Source: a virus
Direction: 5' to 3' (one strand)
IMG/VR virus record: IMGVR_UViG_3300042553_000685
Length of the DNA: 64,000 nt
The translations under genes and the position numbers were made by a program. The notes below the pieces were generated by a model, which saw only the letters and a program-made list of their open reading frames with translations, was not told the DNA's origin and searched no databases. Shown piece after piece: positions 52,650-59,754 of this stretch (position 1 is the stretch's first letter; each line of letters begins with the position of its first letter).

Positions 52650-53159
52650 ATGAAGCTCAGAATCAAATTGACACGTAGCAACAAGACCCAGCAAGTAACA
52701 TTTACTACTAGTCCTAAGAATGGCAACACGGTGCTAACTGGCACCGTGGTGGGGGCCAGTGATTATCAATTGAACGTGAATGGTAACCTCGTTGATGTCA
52801 GTGAGTTAGCCATTGGGCTGACTGTTAATCTAGTATTCAGACCACAAGATACTGATACTATAGCCAAGCACGTAGCTAATGGTTACCGTATCCATGGAAA
52901 TGGCAGTCCATTCATCACGATGGTGATTGAATGTCAAACTAAGAAGCCCGCAGCCGGGGGCAACATAATCATCATGGGGGACGACATTGAGTCAATTGAC
53001 TATGAAGCATGGAATGACGATACCTTCGTGAATGAGGACGAGTTAGATATGCTCTTCAATAAGAAGGCAGAAACTAAGGGAGCAAGTGGAGCAGCGCGTG
53101 AAGCAAGTGCTCCTACTTCAGGTGCTCCCAACTGTTTCAACCGTAAGGTAACTCTCTAA
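52650..53159 (+). CDS. Hypothetical protein with acidic segment
   Basis: 169-codon ORF with gaggtaat upstream. Confidence 0.55.
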   Translation: MKLRIKLTRSNKTQQVTFTTSPKNGNTVLTGTVVGASDYQLNVNGNLVDVSELAIGLTVNLVFRPQDTDTIAKHVANGYRIHGNGSPFITMVIECQTKKPAAGGNIIIMGDDIESIDYEAWNDDTFVNEDELDMLFNKKAETKGASGAAREASAPTSGAPNCFNRKVTL

Positions 53160-53259
53160 GAGAGACACTAATAGAGAGCTAGAGTAGCCTAGCTATAAAT
53201 TACACGGCCCGCGGCTACTAGCGGGCCAACCCCGCTCATACCAGAGGGCGCGTAATACA

Positions 53260-53670
53260 TTGAGTAAACTAAACACAGCACTAGAGGTAATAGCAGAATG
53301 GTTAGAGGAGTATGGCCCCGCCCATCTCCCCATTCTAATGCGATACGCCTTACTAGAGAGATACACATTAACGAAGGCCCGAGAGATGGGCCACGATATT
53401 AATATATGTACAACAGCGTTCAAGAGCCTATGGATAGAGGCCAATGATGAGGAGGTGCAGATCGCGATATTACTGGGGAGGTATCTAGAGGGAAGAGGAA
53501 GAGTAGAATACTTCCGAGAGAGGCCCGAGTTAATAGAGGCGATGGGCTACTTCATGGCCCTAGGAGACCACGAGTTTTACAGAGGACTAGACAATAAGAC
53601 AATAAATGCGGCTAGAGAGAGAGCCGCGCGGGCAAGCAGTACTAGACTAAACAAATCATATGCAAACTAA
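53260..53670 (+). CDS. Hypothetical protein
   Basis: 136-codon ORF with a TTG start per the track. Confidence 0.45.
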   Translation: MSKLNTALEVIAEWLEEYGPAHLPILMRYALLERYTLTKAREMGHDINICTTAFKSLWIEANDEEVQIAILLGRYLEGRGRVEYFRERPELIEAMGYFMALGDHEFYRGLDNKTINAARERAARASSTRLNKSYAN

Positions 53671-53905
53671 ATACACAATACGAGCAAAGGATGGTAGGTA
53701 CCTCTCTCCCATTACTAGAGAGGAAGCAGAGGAGTTACTGAAGAGCGGTCTAATTAAGAAGGATAGCGAGGACGGGTACATAATGGTAGCAGACAGCGCG
53801 TTTGCCGTCAGTCAATACGTGATATATGATTGCCAGCACTTATGTGATGATTTAATAAATAATAATAAGACAACAGCTACCGCCGAACAGCCCCGCTCCT
53901 TATAA
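53660..53905 (+). CDS. Hypothetical protein
   Basis: 81-codon ORF with an ATG start. Confidence 0.5.
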   Translation: MQTKYTIRAKDGRYLSPITREEAEELLKSGLIKKDSEDGYIMVADSAFAVSQYVIYDCQHLCDDLINNNKTTATAEQPRSL

Positions 53906-53985
53906 GTAAACAGCCCCTATAAGGGATAGAGCCGAGAGGTAGAGGGGCCCGTCGTAATTGTGAGTACAGCCTCATAGCAACAGCG

Positions 53986-54312
53986 TCACACGTAGGCGGC
54001 CTGCTCACTCCTGAAGATATCAAGTAGGGGATCGATAGTAGATCTAAGGCCAGCCATGAGATGGCGAGCTGCATCAGTAGGTAGGCCCCGCCACCAGCGT
54101 TGCACCTTCTCCTGAGCCCAATCGAGGCCCAATCGCGTCATAGTGCACTGTAGTGTGCGCTCAAGCAGGCGGGTGAACTGAGCGAGGGGGCGTATATCAC
54201 CACTATCGGTACCGTAGTGTGCTACCCACTGAGAGGGGTCAGCGATAACCTCAGGATTCTGAGTAGCGTAGGCCAGGAGTTTATTCTCGATGGGGTTAAA
54301 TACAGAAGCCAA
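53986..54312 (-). CDS. Hypothetical protein; 5' end abuts the IS607 left end
   Basis: 108-codon ORF whose only start is TTG 54312. The frame is open only 8 codons further upstream, to a stop at 54339-54337. Confidence 0.45.
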   Translation of the reverse strand: MASVFNPIENKLLAYATQNPEVIADPSQWVAHYGTDSGDIRPLAQFTRLLERTLQCTMTRLGLDWAQEKVQRWWRGLPTDAARHLMAGLRSTIDPLLDIFRSEQAAYV

Positions 54313-54365
54313 AAACCTAACTAATATTATCCAAAATTACTCATGACTTGTGCTATAATAGTTCT

Positions 54366-54974
54366 ATGAGTAAGTTAACCATATCGGAAGCCGCTAAATT
54401 GAAAGGTGTAAGCGTATCGACGTTAAGGCGTTGGGAGTCTGAAGGTAAACTAATTCCAGAACGGACTGCTAATGGGCATCGTCGTTATACAATTTCTCAG
54501 TTGCTTGGTTTAAAAGAGAATCTCTCTTATACTGTTGGCTATTGCCGTGTTTCTAGTCATGACCAAAAGAAGGATTTAGAACGTCAAAAAGAAGTTGTCG
54601 AACTGTTTTGCGCTCAAAACGGTTGGCAAGTTGAAATTATAGACGACCTAGGTTCAGGACTTAACTACAACAAAAAAGGATTAAAGCGATTAATTCGGTT
54701 GATTGTTGATAGTAAAGTAGAGAGATTAGTCTTAACTCATAAGGATAGATTACTTAGATTTGGTAGTGAATTAATCTTTAGTCTGTGTGAGCAATTCGGG
54801 ACTGAAGTTGTCATTATTAATCGAACTGAAGACAGTACATTTGAGGAGGATTTAGCACAAGATGTCTTAGAGATTATTACGGTATTTTCCGCTAGATTGT
54901 ATGGCTCTAGAAGCCATAAAAATAGAAAAATCGTAGAGGAGTTAAGAGACGTTGCTACTAGGATTCAAGACTGA
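54366..54974 (+). CDS. tnpA: IS607-type serine recombinase transposase TnpA
   Basis: MerR-like HTH MSKLTISEAAKLKGVSVSTLRRWESEGKL plus the resolvase catalytic segment VGYCRVSSHDQKKDLERQ. I prefer ATG 54366. Confidence 0.9.
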   Translation: MSKLTISEAAKLKGVSVSTLRRWESEGKLIPERTANGHRRYTISQLLGLKENLSYTVGYCRVSSHDQKKDLERQKEVVELFCAQNGWQVEIIDDLGSGLNYNKKGLKRLIRLIVDSKVERLVLTHKDRLLRFGSELIFSLCEQFGTEVVIINRTEDSTFEEDLAQDVLEIITVFSARLYGSRSHKNRKIVEELRDVATRIQD

Positions 54975-56124
54975 GTTAAAACTAAATAATCAACAACGCT
55001 CATTATTAGCCCAACACGCAGGAACCGCACGTCATGCTTGGAATTGGGGTTTGGCTTTAACCAAGCAAATTTTAGACCATAATCAAGCTAACCCTGATGA
55101 AAAAATCAAGTTTCCTACGGCTATTGACCTTCACAAATGGTTGGTAGCATTGGTAAAATCAGAGCATGATTGGTATTATCAAGTGTCTAAATGCGCCCCC
55201 CAATGGGCGTTAAGAGCTTTATCCGATGCTTGGAAAAGATGCTTCAAGAAGATAGCCAAACCACCAAATTTCAAGAAGAAAGGTAAACAGGATAGTTTCA
55301 CTTTAGATGGGAGCATTAAAGTTGCTCATCAAAAGATAAAAGTTCCTGTAATTGGTTGGTTAAAAACTTACGAGCGGCTACCCTATGGATACCAGCCAAA
55401 ATCTGTCACTATTAGTAAAAAAGCTAATAGGTGGTTTATTAGTTTTAAGATGGAAGTTGAACAGCAAACAACCAATAAAACTCATGATGTAGTTGGTTGT
55501 GATCTGGGAATTAAATCTTTAGCTACTTTATCGACAGGGGAGACGTTTGAAGGCTCTAAAAGTTATCGTAAATACGAAAAACAATTAGCCAGACTTCAAT
55601 ACTTGAACCGACATAAGGTAAAAGGTTCAAATAATTGGAACAAAGCCCAACGGCAAATAGCTAAACTTCATTTTAAAATAGCTAATATCCGTAAAGATAC
55701 GTTACATAAACTCACCACTTATTTAGCCAAGAACCACGGCCAGATAGTAATTGAGGATTTAAATGTGTCTGGGATGATGGCTAATCACAAATTAGCTAAA
55801 GCCGTTCAGGATATGGGGTTTTACGAGTTCCGAAGACAACTTGATTATAAAACTCAGTTGTATGGTTCGGAATTAATCATAGCCGATAGGTGGTTTCCTA
55901 GTAGTAAAACCTGTTTTAATTGTGGGTACAAGAAAGAGTCTCTATCTTTAACTGAAAGAGTTTTTGAGTGTGAACAATGCCATGCAGTTTGCGGTCGAGA
56001 CTTGAACGCTAGTCTAAATCTAGCTTCTTTGGCGGTGAGTTCCACCGTGTCAGCTTGTGGAGTAGATAGTGCCGACACTACTACAGTGAAGCAGGAAGTT
56101 AACGTCAAATTTGCTCATGAGTAG
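54952..56124 (+). CDS. tnpB: TnpB (RuvC-like RNA-guided nuclease family), catalytic residues intact
   Basis: VVGCDLGIKSLA (RuvC-I D), IVIEDLNVSGM (RuvC-II E), and the zinc finger CFNCGY...CEQCHAVCGRDLNASLNLA (RuvC-III D). Confidence 0.9.
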   Translation: MLLGFKTELKLNNQQRSLLAQHAGTARHAWNWGLALTKQILDHNQANPDEKIKFPTAIDLHKWLVALVKSEHDWYYQVSKCAPQWALRALSDAWKRCFKKIAKPPNFKKKGKQDSFTLDGSIKVAHQKIKVPVIGWLKTYERLPYGYQPKSVTISKKANRWFISFKMEVEQQTTNKTHDVVGCDLGIKSLATLSTGETFEGSKSYRKYEKQLARLQYLNRHKVKGSNNWNKAQRQIAKLHFKIANIRKDTLHKLTTYLAKNHGQIVIEDLNVSGMMANHKLAKAVQDMGFYEFRRQLDYKTQLYGSELIIADRWFPSSKTCFNCGYKKESLSLTERVFECEQCHAVCGRDLNASLNLASLAVSSTVSACGVDSADTTTVKQEVNVKFAHE

Positions 56125-56150
56125 ATTTGAGTAGGTTTAATAGAACGGTC

Positions 56151-56179
56151 TTGAAACAGTGGGTCATTTGCTGTATAAT
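56151..56179 (+). promoter_or_regulatory. Near-consensus sigma70-type promoter 27 nt after the tnpB stop
   Basis: TTGAAA (56151-56156), a 17-nt spacer, then TATAAT (56174-56179). Confidence 0.5.
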
Positions 56180-56248
56180 TGGTTTATTGCGGGTGCGGCG
56201 CAAATGAACCTTGAAAACTCCATAGCGTATGGCCTTTACCACTGGGCG

Positions 56249-56285
56249 GTTCGAATTAATCTTAAACCCTACTAGGGATTGAAAC
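56249..56285 (+). CRISPR. Solitary 37-nt CRISPR-repeat-like unit
   Basis: GTTCGAATTAATCTTAAACCCTACTAGGGATTGAAAC. It has an internal CCCT/AGGG stem and the ATTGAAAC 3' handle typical of Cas6-processed repeats. It is close to a cyanobacterial repeat class I recall (unverified). No second copy occurs in the window. Confidence 0.45.
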
Positions 56286-56332
56286 CTCATAAGACGGCTC
56301 AAAGTGATTCGATTCCGCTATTCTGCATACAG
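56285..56332 (+). repeat. tRNA(CAT) fragment copy 1 (anticodon loop to 3' end plus trailer)
   Basis: 42/48 identical to 57478-57525. The first 15 nt (56285-56299) are identical. Counted by hand. Confidence 0.9.
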
Positions 56333-56724
56333 CGTTAGAGCAAAACCCACAACGTCATATAAGTTAAACCTATGAGTCACTATCAAAGTACCATTCCACC
56401 CTCTGGGGCAAACCTATTAACTATTGATTGCACTCTATGCTGGCGTTACTTAGTATAGAGTATAATATTGTATATCGATAAGTTATACTTATCAATTAAC
56501 CACAGCTTCTCTCACCTCAGATAGATATGCCCATAACATACAGTTATAATATATAACAATTCAAACATAAATAATTGGGGTTTTTAATACAGCGTTGTAA
56601 ATACGGCAAATATCGCCATATTTAGCTATATTTAAACAAATATTAAGCTATCAAATGCGAGCGAAACCTAGGCAGAGAGATAGACAAGAGTGAGTAGCCA
56701 CTCAATTATTAAGGAGATATAGGC

Positions 56725-56886
56725 ATGTCAAAAACAGTATTAGCTTTATATGTGACCCTTACCGTGTTCATAGTGATTCTAATGTATATAATGATATCAA
56801 TCATATCTGCTGGAGGGCCCGCCAGCGATACATGTAGTAGAGTGTGTAGCCACTCAATTATTAAGGATATACAAGCATGTCAATAA
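56725..56886 (+). CDS. Small hydrophobic peptide (53 aa), tandem paralog 1
   Basis: MSKTVLALYVTLTVFIVILMYIMISIISAGGPASDTCSRV..., with aaggag upstream. Below the ORF-track cut-off. Confidence 0.5.
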   Translation: MSKTVLALYVTLTVFIVILMYIMISIISAGGPASDTCSRVCSHSIIKDIQACQ

Positions 56887-57089
56887 CAGTAATAGCGTTA
56901 AATGTAGTCTTTATCGTATACATAGTGTTCCTGATGTATCTAATTCCTAGAGTAGGGCCCCGCGCTAGGTGGGGCCTTGTCGCGTTAATATGCGTCATAG
57001 CGTTGGTATGGATATCGATCATGTCTAATGGAGGGCCCGCCAGTGATACATGTAGTAGAGTGTTCCACTTCTCTATATCTAGGCTATAA
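56877..57089 (+). CDS. Small hydrophobic peptide (70 aa), tandem paralog 2
   Basis: MSITVIALNVVFIVYIVFLMYLI...ISIMSNGGPASDTCSRV... It has the same upstream box gtagccactcaattattaagga (56694 and 56846). Confidence 0.5.
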   Translation: MSITVIALNVVFIVYIVFLMYLIPRVGPRARWGLVALICVIALVWISIMSNGGPASDTCSRVFHFSISRL

Positions 57090-57112
57090 CACTACTTAAT
57101 ACTTGTAGCGCG

Positions 57113-57142
57113 GTAGTAGTAGTAGTAGTGGTAGTGGTAGTA
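57113..57142. repeat. GTA/GTG trinucleotide microsatellite
   Basis: gtagtagtagtagtagtggtagtggtagta. Confidence 0.85.
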
Positions 57143-57150
57143 TATAGAAC

Positions 57151-57190
57151 GAGGCCCGCGTCATAATAAGGAGGCCCGCGCCATAATAAG
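57151..57190. repeat. 20-bp tandem duplication
   Basis: gaggcccgcgtcataataag / gaggcccgcgccataataag (19/20 identical). Confidence 0.9.
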
Positions 57191-57210
57191 GATAAGTGGA
57201 ATAGTGTAAC

Positions 57211-57236
57211 CGACTCCGCTGTCCTGCATACAGTAA
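57211..57236 (+). repeat. tRNA(CAT) fragment copy 2 (T-loop to 3' end plus trailer)
   Basis: cgactccgctgtcctgcatacagtaa is 23/26 identical to 57503-57528. Confidence 0.8.
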
Positions 57237-57266
57237 ACCTTATCAAGAATTAAACTCAGGAGGAAG

Positions 57267-57398
57267 ATGTTGATTTTATTGCTTTCGCGGATTGGTGGAT
57301 TAATCTTCTCTATGATTTTGCTTCACAGGCTGTTACATCACTTCTATGTAGCGGCGTGGGACAAGAATACAGATAGATTGATAAGAAAGGGTAAGTAA
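57267..57398 (+). CDS. Small hydrophobic peptide (43 aa)
   Basis: MLILLLSRIGGLIFSMILLHRLLHHFYVAAWDKNTDRLIRKGK, with aggagg 5 nt upstream. Below the ORF-track cut-off. Confidence 0.45.
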   Translation: MLILLLSRIGGLIFSMILLHRLLHHFYVAAWDKNTDRLIRKGK

Positions 57399-57447
57399 CA
57401 ACATACTAGATATAACGCGGCCCCCCCCAATTAGGGCCGCACCACAA

Positions 57448-57520
57448 GCAGGATTGGCCGATAGGTGGAGGCACCGTCCTCATAAGACGGCTTAGAGCGG
57501 TTCGATTCCGCTATCCTGCA
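57448..57520 (+). tRNA. tRNA with CAT anticodon (elongator Met or Ile2 type), no encoded CCA
   Basis: Hand-folded cloverleaf. Acceptor gcaggat/atcctgc (7 bp). D-arm gcc-gataggtgga-ggc. Anticodon arm ccgtc-CTCATAA-gacgg. Variable loop cttag. T-arm agcgg-TTCGATT-ccgct. Discriminator A. The G1-C72 pair and the lack of three G-C pairs in the anticodon stem argue against an initiator tRNA. Confidence 0.9.
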
Positions 57521-57574
57521 TTCAGTAATATAAGGGGCCCCCCTATTAGAAATACCATAATACTAAGGAGAGCT

Positions 57575-57865
57575 ATGAAAGTATTAACCTCTTACGTCTT
57601 ATATCCATCACCAGACGAGCAGATCAACATTAAGAGGTATGCGTGCTTTGTGAAGCATATCATCAGTGTAGAGATTGATATGGTAATGTGGCCCAATAAT
57701 AGGGCCCGCAGTGTCCAGCTGATGAGATACCTGTTCGACACACTGAAGCTACAGTATACAGAACACGAGGATGGGTTTATGATCAGATTGCATAAGTTAG
57801 TATATACTGATGGCTCTACAGCACTAATAGTGCCAACGGCATATACAGACAAACTACTACGTTAA
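57575..57865 (+). CDS. Hypothetical protein
   Basis: 96-codon ORF with aaggagag upstream. Confidence 0.55.
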   Translation: MKVLTSYVLYPSPDEQINIKRYACFVKHIISVEIDMVMWPNNRARSVQLMRYLFDTLKLQYTEHEDGFMIRLHKLVYTDGSTALIVPTAYTDKLLR

Positions 57866-57998
57866 TCAGACACGTGTATACAGCGCAGCGTAATGTATCA
57901 CTAGGGGCCCGCCTCACTCTCAACTACATACAGCTCTAATAGACATAGTCTATTATTGATATACCTCTCTGTCAGCAGAGAAGTATATCAATAGCTAA

Positions 57999-58937
57999 TC
58001 AGCTCCATAAGCGAGGTAGCATCTCCTTGCACTTATGTATATACCAGTGGCCTTCAGGAGGAGTGTTATCTAATGCTTCCTGGAATAACATATCGCGTAA
58101 CCCTTGTACAGACATAAATGAAACAGGCTCGTGCAATAAACGTTGTGCTTGAGGGGTAATGCTGGGCCCCACAAATATAAACTCAACTGGTGTATCAAAG
58201 TGGTTATTGGCTAGTTCTATATAACCCTTATCAGCTATAGTAGATACTACGTCCTCTACGCCAATAGGGTTAATCTTAATCTCAATGACCTGTGTCTTAC
58301 CATTGCTAGAACGGCATAGGTCAAAGCGACGAGTGCGGGCCCGACTCTCTAGTGTGTTGATTACTGTTAACTCCCTAGTGAAGGGGTTAGTAGTATAACT
58401 AGCTAATAATACTAGATCCATCTGTAACTCAAGCTCAGAGTTATAGGTGGGGCCCGTCTCTACGTTACGTATAGATGTAGCTCGTGGTGCAGGTGCTGTC
58501 TTAGTTCCCTCTACACGAGAGAGAGCGGGGCCCAGCCTAATATTATTATGGAGGGCTATACGTCCATAAGCCGCTGTCCAATTACATACCCATAAGTGAT
58601 TATTATAGTAATTGACATCGTAATAAGTACATAGTGCTCTTTGAAATGGTTTAATAGCTAAGGCATCTAGTTTAATCAAACGCGGTTTAGGTAGGCCAGG
58701 TCTATCTGCCCAGGTGCGTACAATAGGGTTAAATAAGTTCCTGACATTGCTAGTCGACATCTTGAGTCTTTGCGCTATTTCAGGCATTAAGAAGTAAGCA
58801 TCTTTACCGTCTCTATCAGGTACCCAGGTGAGTTGGTATTCATCAACCCAATGAACTAATTGATCTAGTATGGGGCCCGCGCAATTAGGGTATTCTTTAA
58901 GTATGGCCGTAGATAAATCTGGCAGTGCAGCTGGCAT
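57999..58937 (-). CDS. Hypothetical protein with PD-(D/E)xK nuclease-like motif
   Basis: 312 codons. ...ELELQMDLVLL...RRFDLCRSSNGKTQVIEIKINP fits an E...D...ExK arrangement. Confidence 0.5.
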   Translation of the reverse strand: MPAALPDLSTAILKEYPNCAGPILDQLVHWVDEYQLTWVPDRDGKDAYFLMPEIAQRLKMSTSNVRNLFNPIVRTWADRPGLPKPRLIKLDALAIKPFQRALCTYYDVNYYNNHLWVCNWTAAYGRIALHNNIRLGPALSRVEGTKTAPAPRATSIRNVETGPTYNSELELQMDLVLLASYTTNPFTRELTVINTLESRARTRRFDLCRSSNGKTQVIEIKINPIGVEDVVSTIADKGYIELANNHFDTPVEFIFVGPSITPQAQRLLHEPVSFMSVQGLRDMLFQEALDNTPPEGHWYIHKCKEMLPRLWS

Positions 58938-58980
58938 ATTTGAATCCTAAAGTAATTATTCTAATAATAACACACAACTA

Positions 58981-59014
58981 TTAATAGCACACAAGTCAAT
59001 TTGTGTGCTATTAA
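58981..59014. repeat. Long palindrome 1 (14-bp arms)
   Basis: ttaatagcacacaa gtcaat ttgtgtgctattaa, between the genes 57999..58937 and 59043..59285. Confidence 0.9.
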
Positions 59015-59042
59015 TTAAACAAATAGTTACTATACAATCTTT

Positions 59043-59285
59043 CTATGCGGCTGTATGATTGGCATTCATTATACTAAGCATTTTATCTGCTTCTAGAATA
59101 TCACTCTGCTGCTCGCTGTTTAGAAGCATGAGGTAATCAGTATTCATCTGTCTAGCCCACCTCTTTACCAGTGATGCGGGTATCGTTACAGAGCCGTCAC
59201 TATTTACTATAGATTTTGAAAAGAGATAGCGCATCCACCTTGACCAAGCTTCGTGGGCATATTCTGCAAGTTTTTCTCTGAGCAC
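59043..59285 (-). CDS. Hypothetical protein
   Basis: 80-codon ORF with a GTG start per the track. Confidence 0.45.
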   Translation of the reverse strand: MLREKLAEYAHEAWSRWMRYLFSKSIVNSDGSVTIPASLVKRWARQMNTDYLMLLNSEQQSDILEADKMLSIMNANHTAA

Positions 59286-59331
59286 AGATAATCTCCGAAG
59301 ATTAAATCAATTAATAATCCACAAATAATTA

Positions 59332-59363
59332 TAATAGCATACAAGCTAGCTTGTATGCTATTA
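59332..59363. repeat. Long palindrome 2 (perfect 32 bp), homologous to palindrome 1
   Basis: taatagcatacaagctagcttgtatgctatta. It shares TAATAGCAyACAAG...CTTGTrTGCTATTA with palindrome 1. Confidence 0.9.
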
Positions 59364-59391
59364 ATATATTGCCGTTAATATCAATGTGTCA

Positions 59392-59574
59392 CTAGTCTCC
59401 TAATCCAGTATACGCTTTTCTTTCTGCTTTATCAAGCTCGTCAGTTAATAATTTAATATGAGACTTTAACTCATACACTTCATCTTCTAAAGCTTTAATT
59501 CTCTCCACTTCAGTCATATTGGTGATTACGACACTGTCATTAGAGTCAGAAACAACATAAGCTTTTAGCGACAT
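59392..59574 (-). CDS. Small coiled-coil-like protein
   Basis: 60-codon ORF with ATG and agagg upstream. Confidence 0.5.
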   Translation of the reverse strand: MSLKAYVVSDSNDSVVITNMTEVERIKALEDEVYELKSHIKLLTDELDKAERKAYTGLGD

Positions 59575-59754
59575 AATTACCTCTTGGCTTTACTATATTC
59601 TATCAATAATAAATTAGTTTTAACTACAATAGTGAGCATCTATTATTTTCTTTACTACAAACTAAAAAAAATCAAGACAGCGCCATACAAATGTACTGTT
59701 CTTTTAAAAAAAGGACAACTTTAAAAATAACCACCCTAGTTGCGCTGATTAATT

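Larger units (their letters stand above)
54313..56285 (+). mobile_element. IS607-family insertion sequence (tnpA + tnpB); ends not resolved to the base
   Basis: Overlapping serine-recombinase tnpA and tnpB genes. Markedly lower GC than the flanks. The left boundary lies somewhere in 54313-54345. The right boundary is set at the end of the structured RNA region. Confidence 0.7.
56186..56333 (+). ncRNA. Candidate guide RNA (omega-RNA-like or crRNA-like): structured about 100 nt + tRNA-matching guide region
   Basis: Lies downstream of the promoter. Hairpins: ttgcg-ggtgcgg-cgcaa, ccata-gcg-tatgg, ccct-act-aggg. The segment ends in ATTGAAAC and is followed by ctcataagacggct... Confidence 0.4.

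Noticed and set aside
56120-56218. The periodic ttgaaac / ttgaaaac motifs (ending at 56157 and 56218) as degenerate CRISPR repeats upstream of the 37-nt unit.
   Set aside because: Apart from the last 7 nt, the preceding 30 nt share only a handful of positions with the 37-mer. The first motif doubles as the -35 box of the promoter.
54300-56332. A tRNA gene split by the IS607 (or an intron-containing tRNA-fMet).
   Set aside because: No sequence resembling the 5' half (gcaggattggccgataggtggaggcaccgtc) is present at or near the left end of the IS. In addition, the intact tRNA lacks initiator features (it has a G1-C72 pair and no GGG/CCC anticodon stem).
56334-56369. gttagagcaaaacccacaacgtcatataagttaaac as a degenerate terminal repeat closing a one-spacer mini-array.
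   Set aside because: Only about half of the positions match the 37-mer in an AT-rich context, and the implied spacer would be 48 nt. This is too weak to claim but worth re-checking with an alignment tool.
56285-57525. Classical attL/attR scars of integrase-mediated insertion into a tRNA gene.
   Set aside because: That mechanism leaves the intact tRNA upstream and the 3' fragments downstream. Here the fragments precede the intact gene, and no integrase is present in the window.
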